Source of the DNA: Mustelus asterias
Lineage: Eukaryota
Length of the DNA stretch: 64,000 nt
NCBI RefSeq assembly: GCF_964213995.1
Contig: NC_135824.1
Coordinates: forward strand, 52,638,001-52,702,000
Reading direction: 5' to 3'
In this document: piece after piece, positions 36,123 through 49,699 of the stretch
Numbering within the stretch: the stretch's first letter is position 1
Layout: each line of letters starts with the position of its first letter
The notes under the pieces: model-generated
Told to the model about the DNA's origin: nothing
The model's input: the letters and a program-made list of their open reading frames with translations, nothing else
Database searches by the model: none
Translations under genes and position numbers: made by a program

Positions 36123-36966
36123 GTAAGCGAGTTGTTCAAAATGTATCACTTAACACATGGTCATTCATCTCATTGAGGCACTTTACATATCGGTTTAAAG
36201 AAAGGGGACAATATGAAATGTGGAAAGACATTTGAAAGCGTATTATTAAAGAAGTAACAACTCAATAACTTACTGAATGGAAAGGAAAATGTGTGGGGTT
36301 GAAGGGCGAACGAGGGAGGAATTGAGAACCATATATTGAGAAAGATTGTTGAATAGAATAAACTAGAGCAGGAGGAGGACATTCTGACAGTCCAACTTTT
36401 TCTGACACTCAGAAAGATTATGGCTGATCTGAACATGACTCAATTCCACTTAACTCCCTGTTCTCCAGAACACCCAGACCCCTGTAGTTAAATATCCGTA
36501 TAACTATCTTGAATATATTCAATGACTCAGCCTCCCCAACTCTCTGAAGTAGATAATTACGAAGATATGTGACTGTGCAAGGGAAGAAATTCCTCCTCAT
36601 CTCCGTTTCAAATGGGTAACTATTTCTTCTGAAACGATTGTGCCAGAATTTTTGTTTCCCACGAGGAGGAAATTTCACTAAGCATTTCCCTTGAAAAGCC
36701 CCAGTCAAAATCGGATATTTTAAGCTAATATCTCTAGTCGGTTTTCAATCTCCAGATCGAGAGGAATGAATAGATAAAACTGGCAGAGGATAGTAAATTA
36801 TAGAGACATGACTGCAGGAAAGAATAAAATGTAATACAAAACCAATATGGCAAAAGAAAAGGTATGGTGGGATGTAACACAAAACAATATGATCCAGCTG
36901 TGTTCATTAACTGAGGTGTAGAGAACTAAAAGAATTCTAGTTTTATTACAACCTTGTAACATAGTG

Positions 36967-37018
36967 TCAGGAAGCTATGATTATACATTTGGTGCTGGTA
37001 CAAGACTCGTTGTTTTAG
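36967..37018 (+). CDS. TRBJ: J-beta 8 SGSYDYTFGAGTRLVVL
   Basis: FGxG motif, donor GTAAGT, RSS AGTTTTATT-12-CATAGTG. Confidence 0.93.
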
Positions 37019-38840
37019 GTAAGTTATATAGCGTTCAATTGCGGTATCAGAGAAAATCATTGCATGAAGACTGAGAAAATAATGTCAAATTGCAATGTAA
37101 AATTATTGAAAGCTTTCTATTGAACCGATTGTCTGATATATCAGCACAGCCTTAATCATATTCATGTTCAAGTTCCATCAATTTCTGCTGCACAACCCCA
37201 TATGGAATATCCAATATTTCCTGGCAGAAAAGAACAATTTTGTGTGCAGCAATCAGCATGTGATAACTGCCTTGAATGATGGAGGCAGAATGCTCTACCC
37301 CACTCCTAGTGCTCCTGTATCAATATAACGGTGGTTGATGGTGGACGTGAGATAGCAACAGAAATAAATGAAGAACATTAGAATGAAGAATTACTGATTA
37401 TGGAAAGCACATTCATTTATAAAGCACTTACAAGAGGTTGAGCAGGAAAACTATATTTAACATTCACGAGTCACTAGTTAGTCTCAGCTGGAGTAATGTA
37501 TCTTATTCTGCGTGCCGCTCGTTAGGAAGGATCTCAAAGCTTTGGATATGTTGCACAATCAGATTCAGTCGAATAGTTACAGAGATCATACCTGAATTCA
37601 AACGATATATTATTACAGGGAACGATGACACAAAATTGTATTTTATTCAATGGAACTTAAACGGTTAAACGGTGATTTCGGGATATTGTGGGGAATTGTT
37701 AGTGTAATAGAGAGAAACTATGTACGTTGTGTAATCAATGACTTGGGCATGATCTAAAAATCAGAGGCATATCTTTCGGAAGCGAAGTTGACAAATGCTT
37801 CTACAGACAAATGATGTCTGCACTGGAGAAGCGGGAATGGTTCTCCTCAGAACAGAATACGTTAAGGGAAATTTTGACTGAGGTCTCGGAAATAATAAAA
37901 CAAAATCAGAACAATACCCATTGGCTGAAGTATCTGTAGCCAAAGGGGGCATACTTAAGGCAATTGATTGCCTTGGAAATCTATCACCATTTGTCACTGG
38001 GTCAAATACTTGGAAAATCCCACCCTAAAAGCACCACAGGTGTGTCCATACCACATGGACTGCAGCTGTTCAAGAAGGCGGCTTCTTATCATATTATCAA
38101 AGGTAATTATCGATAGACAGCAAAGTTGGCCTAGCCAGCAAAACCTTCATCCTGTGTATGAAGAGAAATGCATGAACTGGCTAAATGCGTGAAAGGAAAG
38201 TATTTGCTCTATCGTACAGGGTAATGTCCAGTGACTATATACTTAAACATATTGGGAAATAATCTAACTCAGAATTGTAAGAATTTGGGGAGATTCATCT
38301 GAACGGTTGTTGATTATTGACTCTATCACTAGATTCAAATGGGATTTGTACGAATACAGAATCATAAGTACACGGAAACTAGATCAAACCATTTAACCTT
38401 TCCAGTCTCTTCCAGCATTCAATAGATAATGGCCGATGTTCTCTCCAAGTCCAAATGCACACCTTTGCCCCAGAACCAGGATATTTCTGTTTGCATAAAG
38501 TAAAATCGAACAGGGATTTAAAGGTTGTGAATAAATAAGGGATGATTTGCCATTTGCGGAAGACAGATGCAAATTTATAGCTACTTTTGTCCGTGGAATT
38601 GTTTCGCTCCTGAAAGATCTGGCCTTATTTTGTTTTTAATTGTGTCCCGGAGCGATAAGGTACCAGCCTGTGGGAAGTTTTCCTCTTCTCTTCTATCCTA
38701 TCAATTCCGCTAACAAAAAAGTTGAAAGACACCTCTCAACTTTCTAAACACCATTTCGTGTAATCCTTCCTCGTCTTGGTTCAATTAAATTTCTAATCTG
38801 ATTCTAGTAACTCAGCTTTATTCCCCAAAGGCCAACAAGC

Positions 38841-39510
38841 AGATTGATTTGATTTGATTTGATTTATTATTGTCGCATGTATTAGATACACTGAAAAGTA
38901 TTGTCCCTTGAGCGCTATACAGACAAAGCATACCGGTCATAGAGAAGGAAACGAGAGAGTGCAGAAAGTAGTGTTACAATCATAGCTAGTGTGCAGAGAA
39001 AGATCAACTTAATGCAAGGTGGGTCCATTCAAAAGTCTGATGACAGCAGGGATGAAGCTGTTCTTGGATCGGTTGGTACGGGGCCTCAGACTTTTGTATC
39101 TTTTTCCAGACGGAAGAATGTGGAATACGTATGTCCGGTGTGTGTGGGGTCCTTAATAATGCTGGCTGCTTTTCCGAGGCAGCGGGAAGTGTAGATAGAG
39201 TCATGGGATGGCAGGTTGGTATGCGTGATGGATTGGACTACATGCACGACATTTTGTAGTTTGTTGCGGTCTTCGGCAGAACAGGATCTGTACCAAGCTG
39301 TGATACAACCAGAAAGAATGCTTTCTATGGTGCATCTGTAAATGTTGGCAAGAGGCGTAGCTGACATGCCAAATTTCCTTAGTCTTGTGAGAAAGTAGAG
39401 GCGTTGGTGGGCTTTCTTAACCTAGTGTCGGCAAGGGGGGAACCAGGACAGGTTGTTGGTGATCTGGACACCTAAAAACTTGAAGCTCTCGACCATCCCT
39501 ACTTCGTTCC
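38841..39510 (-). mobile_element. Rex1/Babar-type LINE 3' fragment
   Basis: YRCTIESILSGCITAWY and AASIIKDPTH motifs; (ATCAA)n tail at 38841-38865. Confidence 0.8.
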
Positions 39511-39756
39511 TGTTCATATAGGGGGACAAAGTTGAAGATTGACGACTGAAAAGCAAGATTATTTTGAGTAAAATCGGGTACAGAAAGAATCATGATCAGA
39601 GGGAAATAAATATTATACAACGGGAGAGGAGAGAAGAGGGAGAGAAAGAAAGAGAGGGAGGGAGAGAGAGAGATCGAAAGGAATAGTAATGAAAATGTAA
39701 GTTTAATAAAATCACCGTTTTAACATTTGTAAGAACAACTTGCAACCTGTAAAAAT

Positions 39757-40074
39757 GGAACATGGAATCAGCAGTGCAGAAGGAGCCCATGTGGCCCATC
39801 GGCACCGACAACAATCCCACCTTGGTCCTGTCCCCGTAACCCCACATATTTACCCTCCCAATCCCCTTGACATTAAGAGGCAAATTAGCACGTCAATTAA
39901 CTTAATATGCACATATTTGGACTGTGGGAGGAATATGGAGCACCCGGAGGAAACCCCCAGAGGCACGGGGAGAACGTGCAAAACTTCGCACAGACAGTGA
40001 CCCAAGCCGGGAATTGAACCCGGATCCCTGGTGCTGTGAGGCAGCAGTGCTAACCAGTGTGCCATTGTGCCGCC
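39757..40074 (-). mobile_element. tRNA-derived SINE
   Basis: Similar to the other SINE copies. Confidence 0.75.
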
Positions 40075-43000
40075 AAATTATATTCCATAATTTCTGGGAC
40101 AGTGAGGTTTATCACCATGGTGTTAAGATTTATTACATCGTTAAAACAGCAATTACTTTGTTGATAACAAACTTAACTTTCTGTGTCAAGTGTGCCATCA
40201 GTGTTGATTTAAGCAATTTTGTTGTCTACTGCTGTATCCTACAATCGTCTTATGCCCCCCAATATTCCAATCTTCAGTGAAGAAATCATAAATCTCTATG
40301 CACCTTGGAAAGTATGTCGATAATAGCATTCCAAGCTAAATAAACAGGGAAATACACTGAGATGTCTGCGGTAGGCTACTATGATGCAAAGGGCCGGATG
40401 ACTTTGACTGATTTCCCTGCTAGTGGAGACACTCAGATTAAGAGGACAGTATTTTGAAATTAGCGTTCGAGTGAAATCAGGATTTCTGTTTTCGCAGAGA
40501 GGCAAATAGAAATGTGGCGCCGTCGTCCCCGCCACCCCACCACACCCGCCTCTTCCCCGCTGCCCCACATCCTAAAACCAACCCCACCAAAATAGGACAG
40601 TAGGTTCCGTATTTATTTTCACCGACGTGGCAAGAGAAAAGCAAGGTTCGACAAGTACCCATTATTTAAAAACAATGAACACAGCAATAAAGGGCTGCTG
40701 TAGAGTTGACAACAGATGCAAATCCTTGTCAACATTTTCAAAAAGGAAGTAGCATCCATGTTATCTGCTCTAATTAAACATAATAAGCTACAGAAGAGCA
40801 GGAGGGGACCATTCATCACTTGGCCCTATTTTGCCATTCAGTTAGATCGTAGATGATCTAAATTTTAGCTCCATCTAACCACGTTTATTTCTGTAGTCAT
40901 GAATACTCCTATGCAACAAAAATATTGTGTGTCATAATCAAAGATTGGTCAAGGGATTAAAAGATGAGACTTTAGATGGAAAATGGCCCTTGCCTTTCTT
41001 CATGAAAATAGTTCAGTTGCACAAATATTGAGGTTAAACGCATGGCGAAACATAATTTAAAGCCTTGATTTAAAACCAACATCAGTAGAAAGCACCAAGT
41101 AGTTTAACAATTGCACTCTGTATACTAAATGAACAAAGGGGGTCAGCTGGCTTCTTCAGATGTGAAGATCATCAGCACTCATTTCCCATCCTCTGTTTAC
41201 CTGAAGCAGGTGTTACTGGGTTTGCTCCTTAAACCATTGGTACTTGGCTTAGGTACAAGGGAATGGCTGCTTCAGTGAGTAGTTGAGCGGTAAGCGCGTT
41301 GAGTCGGATAGGACTCACATATAGGTGAGGACTGAGCGAGGACACCAGGTTTCCTCACTCAGGTTAGTGAACCAAATGGGTTTTCAATTACAATCGAACT
41401 GCTTCAGGATCACTTTTATTATGCAGCACAGTTCATTTGGCCCACCGTATCTCTGTAAGTTCACTGAGAGAGTTATTCCATTTGCATTACCTGCGATCTT
41501 CCAGCTTTGTTCTACAAGATTGTCCTTCACAGGATAGGTGCAATGCTTTTAAAAGTTACTATCGAACCTTCTTGTACCACTGATACAGATAAAACATTTC
41601 TGGTCATACCTATTCGCGCATTAAAATAAAAAAAGTCACCCCTCGCTTTGATAATGATAGTGTGTCCAGTGGTCATCAACTTACCTGCCAGAGAAACAAC
41701 TTATCCATTTTACCTCAATGAAAACCCATCATTGTTTTTGAACGCGTCTATCAAATCTCCCCTTAACCTTTTTTGTCCTGAGGAGAAAAATCCAAGCTTC
41801 TCCAGTCGATCCACAAGAACAGAAGCCCCCCTGGTTCTATTCCGATAGATTTGCTCTGAACCCTCTCGAAATGCCTTGGGATCCTATATCAGGTTCGCTA
41901 CCCAGATATGGAAATAATTCGGTTGCCATGTTATTTCCAATTAGTCAAGATATAAACCACAAGAAGCAACATTCCAGTATTTACCCCCCCCCCCCCACCT
42001 ATTTAGACATATTTGTGCTGCAACCAATAACTGGATTAATAGCTGTAATACAAAGATTATTAACTATGTTGTAATAACACAAACACTTTTATTGAGTTGA
42101 CGTTAAGCTTTCAGTGCCGAGTGAGTTATTATATAGTTACTATTATTTATTTGTTACTTTTCAAAGCTTCCATTTCTGGTGTTTAGCGATTAGTTAATTA
42201 TAGGGTTTTGTGCACACTTTAACATGTTTAAGGGTGTGAACAGGTGAGATGGGGCAATCAGGAATTAGGTTTGTAGTTTATCAGAGACGGAACATTATGC
42301 ATTTGCAAGGTTTGTGCACTTATCAAATTCTGGCCTATTTGTCTGATCCCCATTTCATTCTGTCGAACATTGACTGCTTTTCTGTTAGCTACCCGGACTC
42401 GGAACTGCGAAAACTCGCCGCCCCACCCCCCAATACCCGTTCTCCCTCTCTTCTTCTTTATAGCCTCCCAACACCACGCCCACTCCCGTCTCTTTACTCC
42501 GTTAATAACCATGTCATCACCCCCCCCTCTTTTATCTGTCACATTTAGGCCATCTGCACATAATACATGCTTATATCAGTCGTCATAATTTTTCTGCCCG
42601 ATTTCCCCTTCTACTGAGCACGTTGGAATATTTCTTTTGCACTACGACAACAGCGTTACATAAATTAAGCACTTCTTACACCTTGTCTGGAGCATTATGT
42701 CCAATTCTTGTCCATACATTAGGAAGGGTGTCAAAGCTTTCAAGAGGCTGAAGATGAGGTTCATGAGAATAGTAACAGAGCTGAGGGACTTCAGGTATGC
42801 AGACAAACTGGAGAAAGTACGTGTGTTCTCCATAAAGCTGCGAATCTGAAGGGGCGATAGGCGATGTTGTTCCATTTATAACATGATTACAATAAAGTTA
42901 TACCGACAACTAGCCAGAAAGGCAGACAGAATGAAAAAGAAAATAGAATTGAAGACGCACAAGGGAGTGGTACAAAACATGTTCCCAGTGAAAAAGTACT

Positions 43001-43079
43001 ATTATTCACACAAAAGTTAAACTTGGATTCAGGCTCTACTCAAACTGAAATCTTTTCAGAAACAATGCATCATGGGGTG

Positions 43080-43130
43080 CTTAAGTCTCTTTGCTCTATT
43101 TCGCCTATCTTCCAAAATCAATAGCTCCAG
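43080..43130 (+). pseudogene. TRBJ: Degenerate J-beta pseudogene
   Basis: TAT TTC plus 9 codons plus G, then GTAAAC: exact J spacing. CCA AAA TCA ATA GCT CCA G versus the J-like ACA AAA TTA ACA GTT CTA G. Upstream CTTTTCAGA-12-TGGGGTG. In-frame TAA, FGxG lost. Confidence 0.55.
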
Positions 43131-43845
43131 GTAAACATGCGACGTTGTCAACCCAGATCTGTCATCAGCAGCTCAACTGGTTGAGAAACAGATTATTGTT
43201 CAATATATCTACAACGCAGCACTCTTCCCTCCAAGTCAAGAAGTCATTGAATCAAAGTCCTTCTCGAGGTTTGTGTCCATAATTCAGGCCGATGCTGTGG
43301 GAGTTTAGTGCTGAAGGCACAATCCACTGTCGAATGGTCAGTACTGAGAGAGTACGTAACTGTTGGAGGTCAGTAGGTTACTACTGAGGGAGTTGGGGTG
43401 GGGGTGGGGGGCATCCTTCAGATGCGACATTAAGCTCAGGGTCCATTAGTTCTCCCGGGTGGGTGAAAAAGACCTGAGTGTCATATGAAGATGAGCAAAT
43501 TCCTTCCCAGTGTTCTGGGGCCAATAATTATCACTCAACCAACATCAGTAGAAAATATATGGCCGTTGTGGGAACTTAACTGTGCGAAATTAGACTCCAA
43601 TGCGTTATAATATTACAACCTTAGATACTGTTCAACACAGTGTACATTGTTTTCCTGTAAATTGGGGCTGGATGTCGTGAAAGTTGCTCACAAATTCTCT
43701 CTTTAAGTTACACTTGCCTCCCAAACCCAATCCCCACACTAATGGAGTGAATGCATTTGCACAGTACAGTTGTTAAATGCCACGCAGATGAATGGTTGCC
43801 ATATCTAGCCAAGCATCTTTCACTGTAGCATTGTTTTACTGACCT

Positions 43846-43897
43846 ATGAAAACTCAATATGTTATTTGGGGCAACGGGATTGTATTGACAGTTGTGG
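43846..43897 (+). pseudogene. Orphan J-like segment MKTQYVIWGNGIVLTVV
   Basis: WGxG-x-x-LTVV plus G, then a phase-1 donor GTAAAT. No correctly spaced RSS. Confidence 0.6.
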
Positions 43898-44002
43898 GTA
43901 AATCATGGTCAATCTTTGAACGCATTTTGAGTATGAGGAGCATAACAAACCTAAAAGAGAGAACATGCCCTTATGGTTCTGAAATATGTACAGGTGTTAA
44001 TT

Positions 44003-44342
44003 AGAATCGTAGAATCATAAAATCCCTATGGTAGAGAAGGAGGCCATTCAGCCCTTCGAGCCTGCACCAGCACCAATCCAATACAGGCCCTGATCCCGTA
44101 ACTCCATGTATTTACCCCGTTAGTCCACCTGACATTAAGATTCAATTCAGCATGGCCAACTAACCTAACCCGCACATTTTTGGATTGTGGAAGGAAACCG
44201 GAGTACCCAGAGGAAGCCCATGCAAACACAGGGAGGATATGCAAACTCCATACAGACAGACAGTCACCCAAGGCCCGGAATTGAGCCCGGCTCCCTGGCA
44301 CTGCGAGACAGCGGTGCTAACCACTGGACCACCCTGCTGCCC
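44003..44342 (-). mobile_element. tRNA-derived SINE
   Basis: Similar to the other SINE copies. Confidence 0.75.
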
Positions 44343-44737
44343 TACATAGAATTACATGGAACTCACAACGAACCACTTTTCATCCCACCTCATCTAATCC
44401 AAAAACATATTCTGCTATATTTCTTTCTAAATTATATCTTTATTCAGAATCATCCTCAAATGCATCGATGATATTTGTCTCAACCAGCACTTTGGTAGCA
44501 GGTTCCACATCCTCACCACTTCCTGGGTAACGTCACTTCTCCTGAAATTTTCAATGGATCTAGTGAGTTCATAATACCATCTAATTCTGCGTTCAACTTA
44601 AAAGAGCCATACTCAAATCACAAACAATACTCTTAAACGTAAGCAAAACCAATTAGGCATGTATGAGGAGAGAATTGGTTAAGGTGAATTGTATAAATAA
44701 ACGAAACTGTATGGAGGGAAATTAATAGTAAGCAAAA

Positions 44738-45066
44738 TTGGTTAGCACTGCTGTCTCAGAGCACCAGGGATCCAGGTTGAATTCCAATTTTGGGTGACTG
44801 TCTGTGTGGAGTTTGCAGGTTCTACCTATGTCTGCGTTGGTTTCCTCCAGGTGCTCTGGTTTCCTCCCACAGTCCAAAAGATGTGCAGATTAACTTATTG
44901 CCAATTCTAAATTGTATCCAAAGATGTGTCGGTTAAGGGGATTAATGGGGCAAATATGTGTTGTTACATGAATAGGACATGGGTGGGATGCTCTGTCAGA
45001 GAGTCAGTGCGTAATCGATGGGCCGAATGGCTTCGTTCTGCATTGTAGGGTTTCTATGTTTCTATG
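44738..45066 (+). mobile_element. tRNA-derived SINE (5' truncated)
   Basis: Similar to the other SINE copies. Confidence 0.7.
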
Positions 45067-45249
45067 AATTTTTAAAAATGCAAAATCTTTAACAAACATA
45101 TATTTGATTAAAAAATAAAATCTCATTCGGAAACACCTATCCGTGGCTCACTCAGAAGGTAAGAACGATGTTGGATTAAAAGAAGAGGTTACAATATTGC
45201 AAAAAGAAAAGTAGCAAGTCTGAGGATTGAAATTGGTTGGATAACAGCA

Positions 45250-46380
45250 AAGGATTAACCAAAGATGGAAAACAGGGAAAAGGTAGAATGCGAGAACAAA
45301 CTAGGCAGGAGTGTCAACAGAATCCAAGATCGTTTATAAGTATATAAATATTTAAAGTATATAAAGAGCAAGTGAATAACTAAATGAAATGGAGAGAGGA
45401 GAAATTATCATGGGGAATGATGAAATGGCAGATACGTTAAATATATATTTTATGACTGACTTAACAGTAGAAGACATGAGTTTCAGACAAGAAACACATG
45501 ACAACCTAGACTGAGAAGGTTAAGGAAATTAATACTACAGAATAAAGTATTGGCAAGATTAGAGAGACCAAAATCCGACAAATTCCAGGGACCAGAAGGC
45601 GTGCATCACAGTGTTCCAAAAGAGATAGCTGCAGAGATAATGGATGTGCTAGATATTATTTTCTTAAATTCCTTATATTTGGGAATTGTCGCATTGTATT
45701 AGAAGTTGGCAAATGTTACACCACTTGTCAAGAAAGAAGAGACAGGAAGCAATGATCTTCAATGCAGTTAACCTAAATCAGTTGTGGGGGAAGTGCTGCA
45801 ATTTATCATTAAGGAAGTCTTACTAACGCACTTACAAAAGCATAGTCTGATTAGAAGAAGCCAAGTTGTTTTGCTAATCCTATTGATCGTCAAAGAGACT
45901 TGAGTGTGCTTGTAGATTGAATTCAGAAAGCGGGCAAATGTGCAGCAAGCTAATAGGCAGGCAAATGACTTGCTGGCATCTATGGCAAACAACATTAGAG
46001 TACAACAATAAATAAAACTTGCTGGTGATAGCACATCCGAAATATTGAATGCAGTTGTGGAATCCACATTTAAGGAATGGTATACATGCATTGGAGGCAA
46101 TACAACGAAGGTTCACTAGATTGGTCCCTGGGATGAGAAGGTGATAAACTAACTTGCATTTTTATTTTCTGGGGTTTGAAAGTTGATAGGTGATCTCATG
46201 AAAACGTGTTAAACTCTGAAAGGGCTTGATGGAGCAGATATGGAGAGATTGTTTCCGCTGCTGAGGGAATCTTAAGTATAGAGACATAGTCTTTGGATGA
46301 AGGGGCAGATGATTGCAAACTGAGATGAGGATAGCTTTCTTCATTCAAAAAGTTGTGAAGTTTTGGAAGCTCCAGCCTTT
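45250..46380 (+). mobile_element. Old degenerate CR1 LINE fragment
   Basis: Decayed ORF2 motifs (K.PGP.G.H..V.KE; ANVTPL.KK). Confidence 0.65.
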
Positions 46381-46417
46381 TCAATCCAATTATTTTAATT
46401 TATAGTTTAAGAGAGTT

Positions 46418-46880
46418 ATTGGTGCAGAGAGTGCAGAGAAGGTTTACCAGGATATTGCCTGGTATGGAGGGTCTTAGCTATGAGGAGAGATTGGGTAAAC
46501 TGGGCTTGTTCTCCCTGGAAAGACGGAGAATGAGGGGAGACCTAATAGAGGTGTACAAAATTATGAAGGATATAGATAGGGTGAACAGTGGGAAGCTTTT
46601 TCCCAGGTCGTAGGTGACGATCACGAGGGGTCACGGGTTCAAGGTGAGAGGGGCGAGGTATAACTCAGATATCAGAGGGACGTTTTTTACACAGAGAGTG
46701 GTGGGGGCCTGGAATGCGCTGCCAAGTAGGGTGGTGGAGGCAGACACGCTGGCATCGTTTAAGGCCTGGATAGTCACACGAGCATTCTGGGAATGGAGGG
46801 ATACAAACGAATGGTCAAGTTGGACCAATGAGCGGCACGGGCTTGGAGGGCGCAAGGGCCTGTTTCCTGTGCTGTACTGT
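46418..46880 (+). mobile_element. CR1 LINE 3' fragment
   Basis: RVQRRFTRILPGMEGLSYEERL and FFTQRVVGAWNALP motifs. Confidence 0.88.
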
Positions 46881-47861
46881 TGTTTGTCCTTTGTTCTTTG
46901 GTAATCTTATTCAGACCAAACATTCTATGCATCATTTGCTGTGTTAGGAATTCGAATATTTATATTCTAATGAAATTGTAACATATTTAACAGTAAACCC
47001 AGATCTGTTTATACTCGATATTAAGTATCTTCCATTGAAAATGCAGCTCCCTGATTAAAATGATGGACAAAAAGGCAGAGGGGGAAATGAAGTCATTTTT
47101 AAAGAGTGGGTTATTTGATCCTGAATGCACTGCTGGACATGGCGATGGAAGTAGATCAAATCGTATTATTTTTGAAGGAAATGGATAACCAATCAGAGAG
47201 ACCAACTTACTGCACTATGAGAGGAGAGAGAAGGTGGATAAAATGGGGCAAACGTGATACCTCCACCAAAGTGCTTGCACTCGCATGATAGGCCGAATGG
47301 CCTAGTTAATCGCCATATAAGATGATGGCCACGTTGCTGATCACACGGGCTGAAATAGACATCGAATAGAACTCTACAGGGACAGAGTGAGTGGTAGTCC
47401 ATTAACCTGAAAACAAGAATCCAGATCACACCTTGAGATTGACGGGAAAAGATTTCCTGCCCCACGCAGAATTACACTTCATATAGTGATCTAATCTTTA
47501 ATATAGAAACATAGAAACTAGGAACGCAAGAAGGCCCTTCGACCCTTCGAATCTGCTCCACCATTCAATATGATCATGGTTGATCCTCTATCTCAATGCC
47601 ATATTCCCACTTTTTCCCGAAACTCGTTGATGCCTTTAAAATCTAAAACTAAAATACATTTAGATCTAATTAAACATTTTTCCCTAACTTGAGTTGTCCT
47701 TCAGAAAGCTGAGGTGAGCTGCATTTTTGAATGGCTGCAGTCCCCGTGATGTAGGTATGCCCACAGTTTCCTAACAAAAGCGTTCTATCACAAAAAAATC
47801 TTAGTCTGGTTTCATTCTCATCCGTGTTCTCACCATTTATTTCTGTTTAATTTGCACACAG

Positions 47862-48206
47862 AACATGATAGGAAGGATGCCACAGTTACGGTCTTTGAAC
47901 CCTCTCCCGACGAGATCAAAGAGAAGCACTGTGCGACTGTGGTTTGCCTTGTATCTGACTTCTACCCCGACAATATCGAGATCACCTGGTTCGTCGATGG
48001 CGACGAAAGGGAGGCCAATGACAAAAGCATTCAAACCGATCTCAAATCCATCTCAATGGATGGGAACAAGACCTTCAGTATCAGCAGTCGCCTGCGATTC
48101 AAGAAAGAAGACTGGGTCAAGACCAAGACGGTCAAGTGTGAAGTGAAACACTATACTAACGGCTCAACGCCAGACATCCACATGGACATGCTTAACGTCA
48201 AAGCTG
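47862..48206 (+). CDS. TRBC: TCR beta constant exon 1 (Ig C1 domain)
   Basis: Acceptor acacag, then (E)HDRKDATVTVFEPSPDEIKEKHCATVVCLVSDFYPDNIEITW...FSISSRLR...VKCEVKHY...NVKA, donor GTAGG. Confidence 0.96.
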
Positions 48207-48500
48207 GTAGGCTCACTAAAGCGATCCATGCCATTCTGCTTTAGCTTCGAAGAAAGCAGTATCTTGCATGGTTCCTGTGCTCCTCTCAGTGATCAAGTAG
48301 ATGAAGCTGTAGATCAATAAATAGCTAAATGAATAAGAACAGAGAACAAATGTAATGAGAAACAATGTTAAAAATTGTATTTAAGTGACTGTTGCAAGAT
48401 AACAAACTGAATATGACTTACAACTATTATGATATGCATCTACGCAGTAATTCCACAACGTGTCAGGTGCTAAAATGTTTTTTTCCTCCATTTCTTTCAG

Positions 48501-48521
48501 AAATCTGTGGTCTAAGTAAAG
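48501..48521 (+). CDS. TRBC: TCR beta constant exon 2 (hinge with interchain Cys)
   Basis: Acceptor tttcag, AA ATC TGT GGT CTA AGT AAA G, donor GTAAGT; reads EICGLSK. Confidence 0.92.
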
Positions 48522-49699
48522 GTAAGTCAACATATCCTCCTATCTGCTTCTGGGCACTACGCATTGGGAAGAGTGGGAGTTTCCTTCAGAGGATACAAAG
48601 GAGATTTACGAAAATGGCCCCAGAGATTGAGGGTTTAGATGCAAGGTTGGCTTGGAGAAGATGGGGTTGCTATCCTTCCAGGAAAGGAGATTGAATAAAG
48701 ATCTGATGGAGATGTAAAAATTGTACTAGATTTAGACAACGTAGACAAAGAAAAGCTAGTACGTTACGCGATGGTATAAGTACTAGGGGACATATATAAT
48801 ATCTTGGGCAAAAGCTGCAGGGGTAACTTGAGGAAGTATTTGTTTTATGCAGAAAATGGTAATGGAATGTTAATGGACTGCCCAGGAACGTTGTGGAAAC
48901 ACAGACATCAATGATTTTAGAAGGAAATTAGATGGACAAATGAGAAAAATAGAGTTGCAGAGCTACAGGGATGTAACAGGGGGATGGAAATGACTGAACA
49001 TTTCTACAAAGAAACATCACTGACTGGATGAGCCGAATGGCCTTCTTCTGTTCTATAGTGATACTCCGGCATTAAGTCGCTACAGCACATAAATTGCAAT
49101 ATTGAAATTATTATCGTCACAGTTATTTATTGCTATAACAAATGAATTAGCTTATCTTTTAAAAATTGAACAATACATGAACATGACAAGATACAATTCT
49201 TTAATGCTAATCTATTGCTCTCAGTTACAATTCAAACAATATTCCTCTTACAGACATAAACCTTTTTTAAAAATCGGTTAACAGAACACAGACATACATG
49301 CAGTGACTGAGGTTAGCAGGCTTTGAAGCTTTCATAAAGCCTTTGGAGAGAGAAACAGACACTGTTTTCTTCAGACAGATCAGGCAGCAAACTGTTTGTA
49401 TTTCTAAAATATGAAACAGAAGCAGTATTTCTTTCCTGTAAGCTTACCTCCTCCCATTAACAACATAACTATGTTCCTGCCAATCAAGCTGATCGAAACT
49501 CTTCTCTCAAACCCCAGGAGAACCTAAGTAAACACAAATGCATTAGCTCTGCTTAAACAAACACTCCATGTCTAAAATGAATACTTGTTCTCCCAGCTAC
49601 ATATTTAAGGTTGTCTTAGACAAATCAGCACCCTGCAAAACAGATCTGAATTCTAAACATAATTCTGGGAAAAAACATGATATAAATATATTTCTGAAA

